Part shown: one piece after another, positions 1 through 12,387 of the stretch | How the letters are laid out: each line of letters opens with the position of its first letter | How positions within the stretch are numbered: the stretch's first letter is position 1 | Assembly: GCA_043228905.1 (NCBI GenBank) | Contig: JBHGNT010000001.1 | Location: 15,562,001 to 15,626,000 of the forward strand | Reading direction: 5' to 3' | From: Azolla caroliniana | Taxonomy: Eukaryota; Plantae; Polypodiophyta | Length of the DNA: 64,000 bases | Notes under the pieces: generated by a model | What the model saw: the letters and a program-made list of their open reading frames with translations, nothing else | Told to the model about the DNA's origin: nothing | Databases searched by the model: none | Made by a program: the position numbers and the translations under genes

Positions 1-1010
1 GATGGAGCCGGTGGGCAGGGCGGACAAATACGGACAACAGTCGGAGCGGACGAAGTGGCCGGATTGCAGTTGGAGCGGTCGGAATGGCCGGACAGCAACG
101 GCCACAATGGTAGTCGAACGTCATCCGGCCGTAACGAATAGAGACAGCCGGACAGAGACGGCAGACCAGAGAATGGCCGGACAGGGCCGACATAGACGAC
201 AACGACGCCGAGGCAAACAGCGACAAAAGGAAGCAACAGAGACAACGATGATGGCAAAATAGAGACGAAGAATGACCAAGCACATAGACGGGGGCGCCGG
301 AAAGATGTGGCCAAACAGGCAGTCGGAATGTACCTAAAGGTGACGAACAACACGGGAGATGGACGCGACCGAAGCATACATCGGCCAAGAAGGGCGACGA
401 TCAGATAGTAGCCGGAATGGCCGGAGAGCGACTAAATACCGGCTGGAATGGCAACACACCCCAGAACGGAGGCGGCTGGACCGGTCGGGATGAACAAACA
501 GAGGACGTCGGACAATGACGAAGATGGAGACGGCCAGATTTTTGCAACGAGAACGGACAGATGAAGGGTCGGCTAGACGACGGCCACGATGACAGAAGAC
601 GGACATCGGACGAATAGATGAGGAACGATGTCACAGAGATGGACAACCGACGGCCAAAGAGCAACTGGAGTGGCCAGACATCAGTCGAAGCGGCATCCGG
701 GACAGCGACCGGATAGCCAAAGTGCGAACAGTAGCGGCCAGAGGAGTGGCGATGAAAAGGAGACAGAAACGACGAACAAGGACGAAGAAGGAGAAAGAGA
801 AGAACAAGAAGAAAAGAATGACAGAAGAAGGAGAAGAAGAAGAGTTTAACACCAAGAAGATGGAGAAAGAAAGCACGTAGCAGCACAAACAGAGAAGAAG
901 AGAAAGAGAGAGAAATGGAAGAAGTCATGGAGAAAACGTAAGGAGTAGAGAAGAGAGTAGAGAGAAGAAGACAAATACAGAAGCGAAGGAAAAAACGACC
1001 TAAAAGCAAA
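1..1010. repeat. Purine-biased low-complexity region (GACGG/CCGG-rich, then GA-rich), probably TE-derived
   Basis: Strong A/G strand bias, recurrent gacgg/gccgga words, and (GAA/GAGA)n at 780-1000; ORFs here look like compositional artefacts. Confidence 0.5.
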
Positions 1011-1629
1011 AGTGAATGAAACTAAAAAACCAAAAAGAGAGGGAAAAATATAAAATAGGGATATGCGACAAATTTTGAAACCCTGAGGGTATCGAGTGAA
1101 ATTTCAAAAACTGGAGTGTATATATTAGAATTTTAAATAAAAAAAACTAAAGGGCAGCAAGGAAATTTCGAAAACTTATTAACCTGAAAGAAATAGTCAA
1201 GATATACTCACAACAACTCACAAGATACAAAGAAGAACACACATACACACAACGTCTTTTTGACGACCCAAATGATGTTACCAAAGTTTGAGAGCCGACA
1301 GAACGAGAATGTTCGTGTCAATGAAGTGGTTCACCGAAGGAGATGTTCGAGTCAAGCGCTCCAATCGAGGGAGTCAATCGTTGAGACGATCGATGGAAGT
1401 TCCGGTCGAAGAAAGATTATGATCAAGGCATGTGGGATCGACGTGCAAGGCACTCTCCCATAGGCATGCCATATTGTGTTACCATACGAGATGTATGGGT
1501 GATTGATAAGTGTGATAAGTGAGGGTGAAAGATGTAATGTGTTAATATGTATGTGTAATGTTATACGATTATGAGTGTGAATGTAAGTGTGAGTGTGGTG
1601 GATACAAAGAGGTGTGAGTGAGTGACTAG

Positions 1630-2346
1630 GTGCTCCAATCAGAGAAAGACGAACTGATCAGGAAACACAGCCAGTTCAAGGCCAAATACGAGGAGAAACG
1701 CTTGGCACTACTAGTAGTGGCCAAAGCGAAACTCATGTTCGACCAAGGGTCGGTTGAGGCTCGTCTAGCACAGATGAGGAAGGAACTTGCCACCATGCAA
1801 TACCATGTGAGTATGGGCGAGGAAAAGGTAAACCAAATCCTGTAATCACACAAGCGTCGAACGGGGTCGGCACAGGCTGCCGAACTCCAAATGTTACGGA
1901 CCGATAGGGAAAATCGGAAGGAACAGGGCATTGGTTTCTTCAAATTGGAGGACGAAGCTATTATTACCGTCCAAGAAGACATGGCCCACGATTTGTATGA
2001 GCTTCCCGCCAGTCACAGGGAGGAGGTGGCATGCTTGATCGAGGAATATGACGCCCACGAAATCGACGGGATGTCAAGCTTGATGCGTATGAGAAGAATC
2101 GTCGTCAACAGACCGCCGAATTAGGGTCCAACACCGACAAATCACCTTCACTGCTTAGACTAGCACAACCACAATCAATTGACCCGAGGGCCGAGGACAC
2201 ACATGAGGATGCAACGGGGCAAATTCAAACAGGGCACACCTGACACAGACACCAAGACTGGGGAGGAGCCGACTTTGTTTGACATCCTCAATGAGGATGA
2301 AAGTGATGATGGCGTCGACAATGAACCTGAAGAAGACCAGGAGTGA
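1630..2346 (+). pseudogene. Decayed coiled-coil/acidic ORF, likely the 3' accessory ORF of an Athila-like element whose 3' LTR starts at 2390
   Basis: In-frame pieces 1630-1845 and 1891-2124 are charged and helical; acidic tail ends TGA 2344-2346; followed by ACTGTCCCACG (2378-2388), the same motif found next to the 3' LTR of element A. Confidence 0.4.
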
Positions 2347-2389
2347 AGCATTGAAGGGTACATTCGTCATGCAAAGCACTGTCCCACGA

Positions 2390-2810
2390 TGTTAGCCACT
2401 CAGAGTCGGAGTCGACTACCAGGGTCAGGGTCGAACAAATGTGAAGGGAAGTTGGAAGGAGTTGAACAAGTGTGGAAGTGTCGGAGTGGGATCCAAGGGT
2501 TGGATCGATGAGTCAGCAATTAGTAATTTTGCCAAGTAGAAAAATATATTAGAATTAGTTTGGCTAGTTTCGTAATAGTTCTTGCCAATTAAGGGCAAGT
2601 GTAATCTTGAAAAGACACTCTCGGTATGCCTATAAAAGAAGGACCGAAAGAATTGTAAATCTATCGTTGTGTTTTGGAATTAATATAAGTTAGTGGTTAG
2701 AGTATCTTTGTGTCGACAACATCTCTATTCATTATTGTTTTTGGAATTAATATAAGTTAGTGGTTAGAGTATCTTTGTGTCGACAACATCTCTATTCATT
2801 ATTGTTTTCA
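2390..2810 (+). repeat. LTR-like remnant containing a 67-bp tandem duplication
   Basis: Starts TGTTAG, TATA-like CCTATAAAAG at ~2629, ends TTTTCA; 67-bp direct repeat at ~2672-2808; right boundary uncertain. Confidence 0.5.
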
Positions 2811-2829
2811 GAGTCGATCTTTGGTTATC

Positions 2830-3262
2830 TATGCTTATCTTATATGTTCAAGAGGGCCGGTGTCGAACTCAAGTTCTCCAAAAGTGTCATGATGAACCCT
2901 TGGCAAGTCATTTTGGCATTACAAAGACACTGGAATTAATCTCACAACGATATCGGTGGCCTCAACCGTGGAAGTGCGTCAATGAATTCATCAAGACATG
3001 TGATACTTGTGCTCGATCCAAAGTTATCCACCATAGGCCATACAGGTTGCTCCAACCACTTCCCATTCCCAACCGGCCTTGGGCATCAATTTCCATGTAT
3101 TTCATCACTGACTTGCCTCTAGTCCACGGATATGACACATTGCTCATCATGGTATATTGGTTTATAAAGATGGCTCATTTTGACCCTTATGCAAAGACCA
3201 TTTCAGCAAAAACAACAACTGATCTATTTTTAAACAATGTGGTGCGGCTTCATGGGATCCCA
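2830..3262 (+). pseudogene. Ty3/Gypsy (chromovirus-type) integrase fragment
   Basis: HHCC zinc motif CHDEPLASHFG...CDTC followed by LLQPLPIPNRPWASISM(D)FITDLP. Confidence 0.85.
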
Positions 3263-3424
3263 TTCCTAGCAACTTTGTCAACCCGTTAGCGGAAGCACGT
3301 GCTCGTATTTTAGTAGACATTCATCAAGACCTCTCCCTCGAACTCATCGTTGCAAGGGACCAGTACAAAGCGCAAGCTTATCGACATCACTTACCCACAC
3401 CCACCTTTGCAATTGGTGATCAAG

Positions 3425-3660
3425 TTTGCTATTTACGACATTCTTATTCTCGAACATGAACCCAATCTTCTTCCACAAGACTTCAACATTTGTCTCTTTG
3501 TTGAAGTTGTTGTATAGAATCATGTCTATAAAACACCTTATATATGTGGCCGCCTTCAGATGCATGACTTCCCAAGTCGATGCATCGATCTTGTCTAGCT
3601 TGGGCTTGCCATATTGCACCGGCAACCAAAGGTCTTTGCACACCAACATGTCCCGCATAT
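3425..3660 (-). pseudogene. Ty1/Copia gag N-terminal fragment
   Basis: DMLVCKDLWLPV...WEVMHLKAATYIRCFID...LWKKI resembles the Tnt1-type Copia gag N-terminus. Confidence 0.65.
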
Positions 3661-3866
3661 CCAACTCGACTTCAAGCTCTCCAATCAGAATTCCCTTTCG
3701 GACCAAATGATTCGGCTTTAGCTCTTCCAGCCTTGGCCAACCTGGCCTTTTGTTCTCGGATGTTGCTGATTCAGACAAAAGAAGACGTTTTCGAAAACCT
3801 TGAATTCTTTATTTTTGTTCATTCCTTTATACAGATTCTTTGTTGTATAGGCCCATTATGGGGAAG

Positions 3867-4140
3867 TGTTGAATACGGGTGTATATTGGCCATATTCACA
3901 TTGTCCTTTTGGATAGAGTAGGTTCATGACAATAATGTAAATATGTCAAAGGGTAGTTGCCCTAGCCCAGTTAGTATATGGCTAGCTTTGAAACCTAGCT
4001 CATAATGTTGTTGATAATGTCATTCTTGTATTGTAACTTTTGGTATAAAACTGTTACATTGTGTGCCTCCTTGTCTCTCTTTCTCACACTCTATCTCCTT
4101 GATCTTGCTTTTACTTGTTAACTTTGTGATCTTCTTAGCA
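3867..4140 (+). repeat. Probable Copia-type 3' LTR remnant
   Basis: Purine run ATGGGGAAG directly before TGTTGA; TATA-like GTATAAAA at ~4043; ends TTAGCA; no partner LTR in the window. Confidence 0.4.
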
Positions 4141-4325
4141 TAGATGTTGTTCTTTTTTCCGCACCGACTATCTCAAACTCCACCACGATGCTCGTGTTCT
4201 ACACTTGACACCATATTCTTCTTCCCCTTCTATAAGAATATCAAAGATGTTTCACTTACCCGTGGTCGCACTGTGTTTACACGAGATATTTCCATTGTAT
4301 CCCACCTTTTAATTAGCGATTTGAT

Positions 4326-5000
4326 TTAAATCAAAAGGCTTTCCGATGAGAAGTCATGGTGGTCTTCAAGTAAGTCGTGTGTTAAACGGTGTTTGATTAG
4401 GTCCACATCAAGCGTGTTCTTTGCTAGGTTGGTTGCTCGTCGTGTTTGAGTGGGCAATCGAGTCAGATTCGTATTTGTTATGGTGATGCGTAATGTCGCC
4501 TCGAGGAGTGTGAGTTTTTGTTGGACTCGCACGTATGCTTCTTTTCTTTCGGCAATTGTGGCCTCAATGTCTTGCGTAAGCGTGTCCGGTTGTCCTCCTT
4601 TTGTGAGTTGTGTTGTCCAAAGTGCAATGTCTTGCTCTATGGCTAGAATTTTTGGCATCATATCATGAATGTGTTGTTCTAAGCTTTGTCAATTTTTGAT
4701 AGGGTTCTCGCAGTGAGGGGGTGTGGTGAGGGGTACGTGATTAGAGGGGCTTGGGGGGAGGTTGATGTTTGGTAATGCTCCCAAGGTCCGGGTATGGTTG
4801 GATGTGGTGGCCTCTTGATTAGTTTCTATTCAGGCCATCTCATTTGGTGGTGTGAGTTTCAACTTCATAAACCCCATTGTCACGAATTTCGCATGCGTGC
4901 TATTTGGGCGAGAGTGCGGGGTTCTTGTACTATGGAACCTGAGGAGAGAGAGTGTGTGAGAGAGAAGCCTTACAAACTCGAAACGCAGCGGCTCACCAAA
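4326..5000 (-). mobile_element. Internally deleted Athila-like remnant (PBS-like site plus coiled-coil ORF tail)
   Basis: Minus strand GTTTTGGTGAGC at ~4991-5002 matches the PBS start of element A; ORF 4326-4661 is coiled-coil-like. Confidence 0.35.
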
Positions 5001-5025
5001 ACCAAAGGGATGTCCAGGACGAGAT

Positions 5026-5394
5026 TGTTAATCCTTAACACATCATTAACACGCGTAAGATATACATCATTAACACGCGTAAGATATACAATAAGCACAG
5101 AACGGTGAACAATACTCAATGATTAAGCAAAAGGTTTATATTACTCTCCGTCAATGACTACATTATAACCGGGCCTTTATATAGGTCACTGGTGCGAAGT
5201 ACAAAACGGTGCCAACCAGCACCTTTTCGGGATTGGTCCGGATCCGGATCGGCATATCGATTCTGGTCCGTCCGTCCACATCTTCTCATATATTAATATA
5301 TTAAGATTAGTAATTACAACAGATTCCTAAATAACAATTCCCCTTTTCACACCCTGGTCTTGACGTCCTTAGCTTCTTTGCCGGCCGGGTAACA
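5026..5394 (-). repeat. 3' LTR of element A
   Basis: Near-identical to 14228-14686, but lacks ~115 bp near its end and has a 24-bp tandem duplication at 5041-5088. Confidence 0.93.
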
Positions 5395-5396
5395 CA

Positions 5397-5413
5397 TGGC
5401 ACGCCCGTGGGAC
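5397..5413 (+). promoter_or_regulatory. Inverted PBS-like site (tRNA-Arg(UCU)-type) at the expected PPT position
   Basis: TGGCACGCCCGTGGGAC 2 nt inside the LTR; matches the recalled plant tRNA-Arg PBS TGGCACGCCCGGTGGGAC with a 1-nt gap. Confidence 0.7.
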
Positions 5414-5453
5414 AGTACCTTGTACGTTGAATCCCACACCGACCCCTTACTCT

Positions 5454-8200
5454 TCATCCAAGATATCCAGGATGCTTTGCTCCAAGGTCTCCAATGGTTC
5501 TTCGGGAATCTGTTGTGGCTGCTGTTGTTGTTGATGCTGCTGCTGCGGTTGCTCTGATTGTGGCTCCGACTCTAGCTGCGGCTCCGATGGTTGCTCTGGC
5601 ACCGACGTTTCCTTCGTTGTTTCCTCCGTCCGAGTTGTCTCGGGTTGATCTAGTATGTACCCTCATGGCCCTAAGCAACTAGAGTTCAGCCGTATTCTGC
5701 GCTGAATTCGTCCACCATCGTACAAAGCTCTCGTCAATCAAGCGTTTGGTCTTGTTGAGCCATGCCCGGAGGATGCACTGGATCTGTTCGGTTCCCATCC
5801 GTGATTTGTTCTCCGTGGCTTGTCGCTCCTCTTTCAATTGCTTGATGATTCTGATCGTGTCCGCCTCTTGCTCCCTATAATGCGACAATTGACTTTGATA
5901 GGTTGTTTGCAACCTCTGTAACACCATTGTCGCCCTTTCCTTTTTTCATGGTTATGCTTGTGGAGCTCCATCCGGTCCCTCGCCGCTTCCTCCAATAGCT
6001 TTGTATTCTCAGCTTGTTCGTCGGCGAGTGCCGTTGTGACCCTATCAACTTCCTGCCGTTCTTGCTATTGCTTGTCTAAGCTCTTAAAGTTCCGGTGCAG
6101 GTGGTCGAAGTCCTCTGTCTTCTGCTTCAGTCTCTGGTTGATTTGCCAGCGAGCACGGTCTTCCCGGTCCTTTTGTTGACGGAGTTCTTCTTTCAGCCTC
6201 TCTATTTCCGTTTCCGCCATCCGTCGCAGCTTGTCCTTCTCCTGCAGCAATTTTTCTTTTTCCTCCTTTAGCCAGTCGTAAGCTTGATGCCCTTTCCGCA
6301 GATTTTCTTCTGCTCGGCGGAGGTTTTCAACAGTTTTCCTTAACTCCTCTTCTGCCACTTTCTTCAAATCTCGTTCACGGCTCCGTAGTGCTTCTTGTGC
6401 GGCAAGTTCGTCCCTTAATTCGGCAAGCTCTTGGGCTTGTGCCGCATCTTTCTCCGGGACAGTTTCTATCTCCGAGGTCTTATTCATATGTACATCCACC
6501 GGAGTCACCGGTGCTTGGATCTGTGTTGCGGTTAAGGCCATTTTGGCCATGTCTATTGTGATCCAATCCAAGTCTTATTTGAGGCACCGGATCCTTGACT
6601 GGGCCATCTCTAGTTCATCGGTTGTGACTAGCAACCGTTCCATCTGCGCTCGTTCTTCCGCCTCTACATATAATATCACTCCGGCAACCTGCTCTCCTAT
6701 CCACCAGAGCTATTGGCTGCCGGTGCCATGTTGTTGCGTATGCACGGAGGGTTGGTTGATGGGTTCACTTGCCAGTGGCTGGTCCCGTCTTATTGCGTCG
6801 CGCGGCAATTCCGGCTCTACTTGCTGACCACTTTGCCGTTCAGGTTCCGGTTGTGTTTCGGCTGGCCGCACTTGTTCTGCTTGTTCTTGGCCGGCTAAGG
6901 AACGTGGCACCTGCATTACCAGCGCTTGCCTTTCGGGGCTCGCCGTTCCCTGACCCGCCGGTATTGCCTATTGTGCAGGGGCTTCTGAGACCGGTTCCAT
7001 CCGAACCGGTTCCAGTTCCTTCCTTGGAGTGGGCTTCTCAATGTGGGGTAAAGCTGTTCCATCCTTCTGTGGGTCCGAACGCTTCCCGACTGATTCTGCG
7101 GTGCTCTTCACCGGCCGCCGCTGGAGGTGCTTCGTAGGCTCTTCCTCCGTTTCCTCCTCCTGAGTCCCGGCATTCATTTTTGCCGCCAGGGTGTCCGTTT
7201 CTTGCTGCATCGGTCAGTGGAGTGGGCTCTTCAGGGGCCGTGCTGGTGTCTCCTCGTGCGTCTCCATCGGCTGCTTCGGGATAGCGCGCTCCTTGGCTGC
7301 CTACTCCATGTCGGCTGTCCTCCCCTTAGTGGTCTTGGTGGCCAACAATTGCTGTCGTTTTGAAGCAGCTCTCGGGGTGTTGTCCGGTACTCTTCCCCGC
7401 TTCTTGGTCTGAACGGGCTCGACCGGTGGCGCCAGTAGGGTGAGCCATTGCGCGACCACATGCCATATTTTCTGGCCTTCTTTAGCTTCCTTGCCTCTTA
7501 CGTTGCCAATAGCCACACATAATCCGTCGACGATCAACACTGGCCAATCCACCTTGACCCCTTTGTATGTTGCAATGATTAAGCTTGCTCGGTTCTGAGG
7601 CATGATGGGGGGTCGAGGGTATACGTGGCCGAACTCATGGAGTACACGGGCAATTTCTCGGAATAACATATCTTCTCCGCCCTGTGTCCTGTAGCCCTTG
7701 CTGGCCAGAGAATACTCGTCGAAGTATTTGTTGAGCCGTTCGGAAGTAGGGTTGTCAATGGTATAGATGCCCCCCTCCGGAAGGCTTGTTAGTGCCCGGA
7801 TTGCTTCCTCCGTGATAAGCTCGGTGTCAATGTCTTTGATGATCTTGTCGGCTTCTCTGTGTGGTGGTGCGTCCATGATTGTGAGGAACCCCTCCAATCC
7901 GTGTTGTCGTAGCCATTTCTTGGCGGCCTCGGAGAGAGTCTGGCAGTCCATGTCTGCGTCAAGGTCGGACAACGTTGGTGAGGGTTGTGTATGAGGAAGC
8001 TCTGTGTGTGTTGGCTCTCTTCTGATGATCTTCAAGCGCCTATGTGCGTCTGTGCTCCTTGGTTCGCGAAAGAAGAAGGTCTCGATGCGGGGGGCATTTT
8101 CTCTTTGCATCTTGGCGCCTTTTTCGAGCCTATGCATGTGCAGGTCGTGTACTATAATAGCATTACGTGCCATGTGGTGGTGGTTTAATGTCCTATTCAT
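5454..8200 (-). pseudogene. Extra 3' ORF (env-like position) of element A, ~915 codons when reconstructed
   Basis: Pieces 8200-7301, 7210-6968, 6916-6710 and 6571-6065 share one frame and are separated by single TAG stops; one frameshift near the homopolymer at ~5940; globular N-terminus, Q/E/P-rich linker, long coiled coil. Confidence 0.75.
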
Positions 8201-8349
8201 AGCCTCCTCGTACCTTTTCGAAGTGCCTCTTTACTCCTCATTTGCATGGCCGTTCCCACCACTCCTTTGCATGATTTCTTTGATTCGTTTCGATTTATTT
8301 ATTATTTATTATTTATTATTTATTATTTTTTAAATATTTGATTATTAGG

Positions 8350-11300
8350 TCAATTCGCCTCTGGTCCCACCGGACCCTTACCCGAATGAGGAATCTTGCG
8401 GGCCTCGTGACGGTTTGCTGTCCTCTTATCCAACCCGTGTGCCAGCTCTTTGTCCACCTTACCGTCTTCGTTGTTGCCGATTGCTAATCGGGTTGCCGTT
8501 ATTTCTGGTATTCCGGTATTTGGTTCGGCATCGGCCTTCCCTTGTTCAAATGGGTTCCTCGGCATGGGTCCCTTGTATGGCTTTAGTCGAAATCCGTTGA
8601 CCCACTTACCCAGGACTTCGCCGGCAAGTGTCCCTAACTGGTAGGATCCATTGAACTCGCGTGTGATCCAGTACGGTCTGGTCCACCGAAACCGTAGTTT
8701 CCCCGGCATCTTTCCCATCCGGGTCTGGAACACTAGTACCGGCTTGTCGATTCCAAACATCTTTTCATTTCCTTTCCGGTGGCGATCCACAAACGCCTTT
8801 CTTCGTTGCTGCTCCAGTTCTAGGTGCATGATACTCGCTAATCGGTGTTCTTCTAGTTCACACAGAGCCGCTAACCGGATTGCCTCCGATTCCTTCTCAT
8901 TTAACCGTTCCCTAATCTGAATTTGTAAGCTCGGGACCTGGAACTTTATCGGCATCACGGCCTCCAACCCGAATGCTAGCCGGAACGGTGTGGTTTGGAT
9001 GCTTGTTTTGTAGGCTGTCCGGTAAGCCCAGAGTGCGCTGTGCAACTTCGTATCCTAGTCTGTCCGGTTTTCGTTGACGATTTTCCGAAGGATATTCTGT
9101 AGCGTTTTGTTTGTTGACTCGGCTAACCCGTTTTCTTGCGGATAGTATGGCGTGCTCCGTTTATGCACCACGGCATAGAATGACATCAAGCTTTCCACCA
9201 CTTGGCTGAGGAAGTGCCCTCCTTGGTCACTTATTAGCTCGATCGGGCATCCATACCTGCACCAGATGTATTCATACAAGAATTTCGCCGTCGACGCCAC
9301 TGTGTTGTCGCGCAAGGCTTTGGCTTCTACCCATTTCGTGTAGTAATCCATTGCGACAATTACATACCGGTTGCCGGTTCTCATTGCCGGTGGTTTGAAT
9401 GGACCCACAAAATCCAACCCCCATTTCTGAAATGGTTCTAGCGGCAGTACCGGCTGGTGCGGCATCCTAGCTTGTTCGGTTGGCTGGCCCATTCGCTGAC
9501 ATAGATCGCATTCTTTAGCATACCGAACCGCATCTTTCAGTGTTGTCGGCCAGCATAGGCCACTCTGCCATAGCATCTCCAGCGTAATGGCCTCCGGCGA
9601 CCCCGCAGTGTGCTTCTCGTAGTATTATATCCTTCTCGTCGCTGCGCACTGCCCGTCGCCATATACCATCTGCGCCTTTGTGGTATAGTGTGTCCCGTAA
9701 TAAATAGAAGTGTCGGCTTTGTACCGCCAGGCGTTTCCTCTCGTCCCGGTTCATCTCGTCCGGAGGCAATCCGGTGCTCAGAAATTGTTGCATATTCGTT
9801 AGCCATTTATCTTCTTGTGCCACTGTTTCATCTGTTGCCGTTTCCGCGGTGACTCGAAATAGCTCAACATCCGGAAACTCGTCCGGGACTCCGTCACCAG
9901 TCTCGCCAGAATCCAACCGGCTCAAATAGTCTGCTACTGCGTGCTGTATGCCGGGTCAGTGGAATATTTCGAACTCAAATTCCTGCAACAGTAACGTCAA
10001 CTGTGCCAACTTACCGGTTAGTGACACTTTGGAAACTAAATAGAGGAGTGCCGAATGATCTACGTGGAAGGAAAATTTCCTTCCCAGCAAATAATGTCTG
10101 AATTTTGTCACGCTGTAGATCATGCCCAAAGCTTCCCTTTCTGTGGTGGAATAATTTCGTTCAGCTTGGGATAACTTTCGGCTTGCGTAGTATACGGGCC
10201 GGTACCACCTTGGCTCCGTAAGTTGCATCAACGCACTTCCGATTGCAATGTTGGATGCATCCACGAACACATGAAACTCCGCCCAATCCAGGGGTTGCAC
10301 TACCGGCACTAGAGACAATAGTACTTTGAGTGCCCGATACGCCTTGTCTTCAGTGTCCGTCCACTGGAACGGTGTTCTGTGTACCGTCGCATGTAGTGGT
10401 GTAGCCAGGTCTGCCAGATACCGGAGCATTCGGCTATGCCACTGAATTTGGCCTAAGAAACGGCTTATGCTTTGGCCGTTGTTGGTGTTGATGCCTCCAA
10501 GATTGCTTTTACTTTGTCTGGGTCAACGGCAATTCCTTCCTTGCTCACAATGTGTTCTAATAGCGCCCCGCTTGACACTCTGAATACACACTTTACCGGA
10601 TTCAAGCTTAGCCGGTAAGCCCGACATTTCTCTAGACACAGTCGGAGGTGCTGAAAGTGATCTCCGTCCCGGCTATAGACGGCGAAGTCATCCAGAAACA
10701 CCTGCATAAATGCCGGTATAAATTCTTCGAATATTTCCATGATGATCCTCTAGAACGTTGTCGGCGCCGTTTTTAGTCCGAACATCATTACTACGGCAAC
10801 AAACACTCCCCATTCGGTGACGAAATTCGTTTTCTCCTGTTCATCGGGGTGCATCCGGATCTGGTTGTATCCGCTGAATCCGTCTAAGAAACTGCATACC
10901 TCATGGCCGGCGACTGCGTCTAAAACTCCATCCGTAAATGGGAGTGGGAATGCATCTGTTACCGTCGCCACATTAAGTTTACGGTAGTCAACAAAAACCC
11001 TAATTTTGCCGTTTTTCTTTGGTATGACTACTATCGGGCTCAGCCATGTAGATTTCTTTACTGGGTGTATAAAGCCAACCCTTAGCAACTTGTCGATTTC
11101 CTCCTTGACTTTGGCGGCGTAATTTGGATTCATCCGATACCGTCATTGTGCTACCGGTTTGGCGTCTTTGCTCAAATGTATCTGATGTTGATATAGCTGA
11201 GGATCGAGCCCTCGCATATCCTTGTAAGACCAGGCAAACATGTCCCGAAATTCCTTGAGAAGCGTAATCATCGCCGTTTTGTTCTCCGGGGTCATTTCCT

Positions 11301-12381
11301 TGGCAATGTGCACCGGTCTCGCCTCTTCCGTAGTTCCTAAATTTACCTCCTCTAGTTGGGATGCCTTAACCCGTTGCGATACGACCATTTCTCTTTCCAG
11401 CGCCTCCTGTGCTTGCCGTAGCTCCTGGATCACTTCTTTATTTGGTTCCTCGTCGGCTCCGTCCGGTGGCAGTATATATGGTGATACGGCTTCGACTACG
11501 TCGATTTCGAACAGAGGTACGATCTTTGGATTATCCTGCAAGTATTGATCTACCTCTTCATCTGCTAGTCCGTCCAGCATATTGACACATTCGGCATATA
11601 GGGGTGTCAATTCCTTCCCGGTACCCGTCCGTGGTTGTGTCGGTACCCGTACTTTTGCTTTTCCCCGCCGGAAGGTGATTATATTCTTCCTCCAGTTTTG
11701 TTTAATGTGCACCGTTTTCAACCACGGCCGCCCCAACAATAGTGGGTAAGCTCCTTGTGCCTGTAGTTGTAGCACTACTGCCGAAATGTGAAATGTGTGG
11801 TCGTCGATCGTTACTTCCAAATCTCGTATCAAGCCGGTCGGTCACACTGAGCTTGTATCCGCCATCCGCAGCCAGAACGGGCATGGTTCCCATTCTTGGA
11901 TTCCCAAGGTTTTGCACGTTCGGAGGCTAATCACATTGACACCGGATCCTCCATCTATTATTGTTCCAGGTAACTCTTTTCCCTTCACGATGGTTGTGAT
12001 TGCCGGACTATTTGTGTCTACTACCGCCGGTCCCTCCTTCGGATTTGAGAAGAATGTTGGAGCCGGTGGTGTTTCTCCTGCCGTCATGCCTGTCTTGAGT
12101 CCTTCTGTGAATCTGGGCACTAGTTGTAGGAGCCGTCCTAATGGCAACGTGATCTGGTATTCTTGCAATGCCTGCCATGTCGCATTTTCGAGCTGACTGC
12201 CGCCGGCGAGCTCTTTAGTATTTTGCTTTTGTTGTGCAAGCTTTGCCATGTTTCGCGCATTCGCCTTCTCTACCCATTCCGTTGCCTGCTTGCGGATGGC
12301 CTCTTGTGCCTCCCATTCCTTACCCTTTGATCTTGTGGTTACCTGCTGTAGGTCTGTGACTTCGGCGACTACCATGTTCAT
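8350..12381 (-). pseudogene. pol: pol of element A: protease, reverse transcriptase, RNase H, integrase (stops and frameshifts)
   Basis: IIDGGSGVNVI (PR); DYRKLN, FLDGFSGYNQI, VFLDDF (RT); DASNIAIG, ERNYSTTERE (RH); WGLDFVGP, ISDQGGHF, PYYPQENGLAE (INT). Confidence 0.95.
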
Positions 12382-12387
12382 CGCCGG

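Noticed and set aside
401-1009. 202-aa hydrophobic 'membrane protein' ORF
   Set aside because: Reverse complement of GA-rich low-complexity DNA yields F/L/S runs by composition
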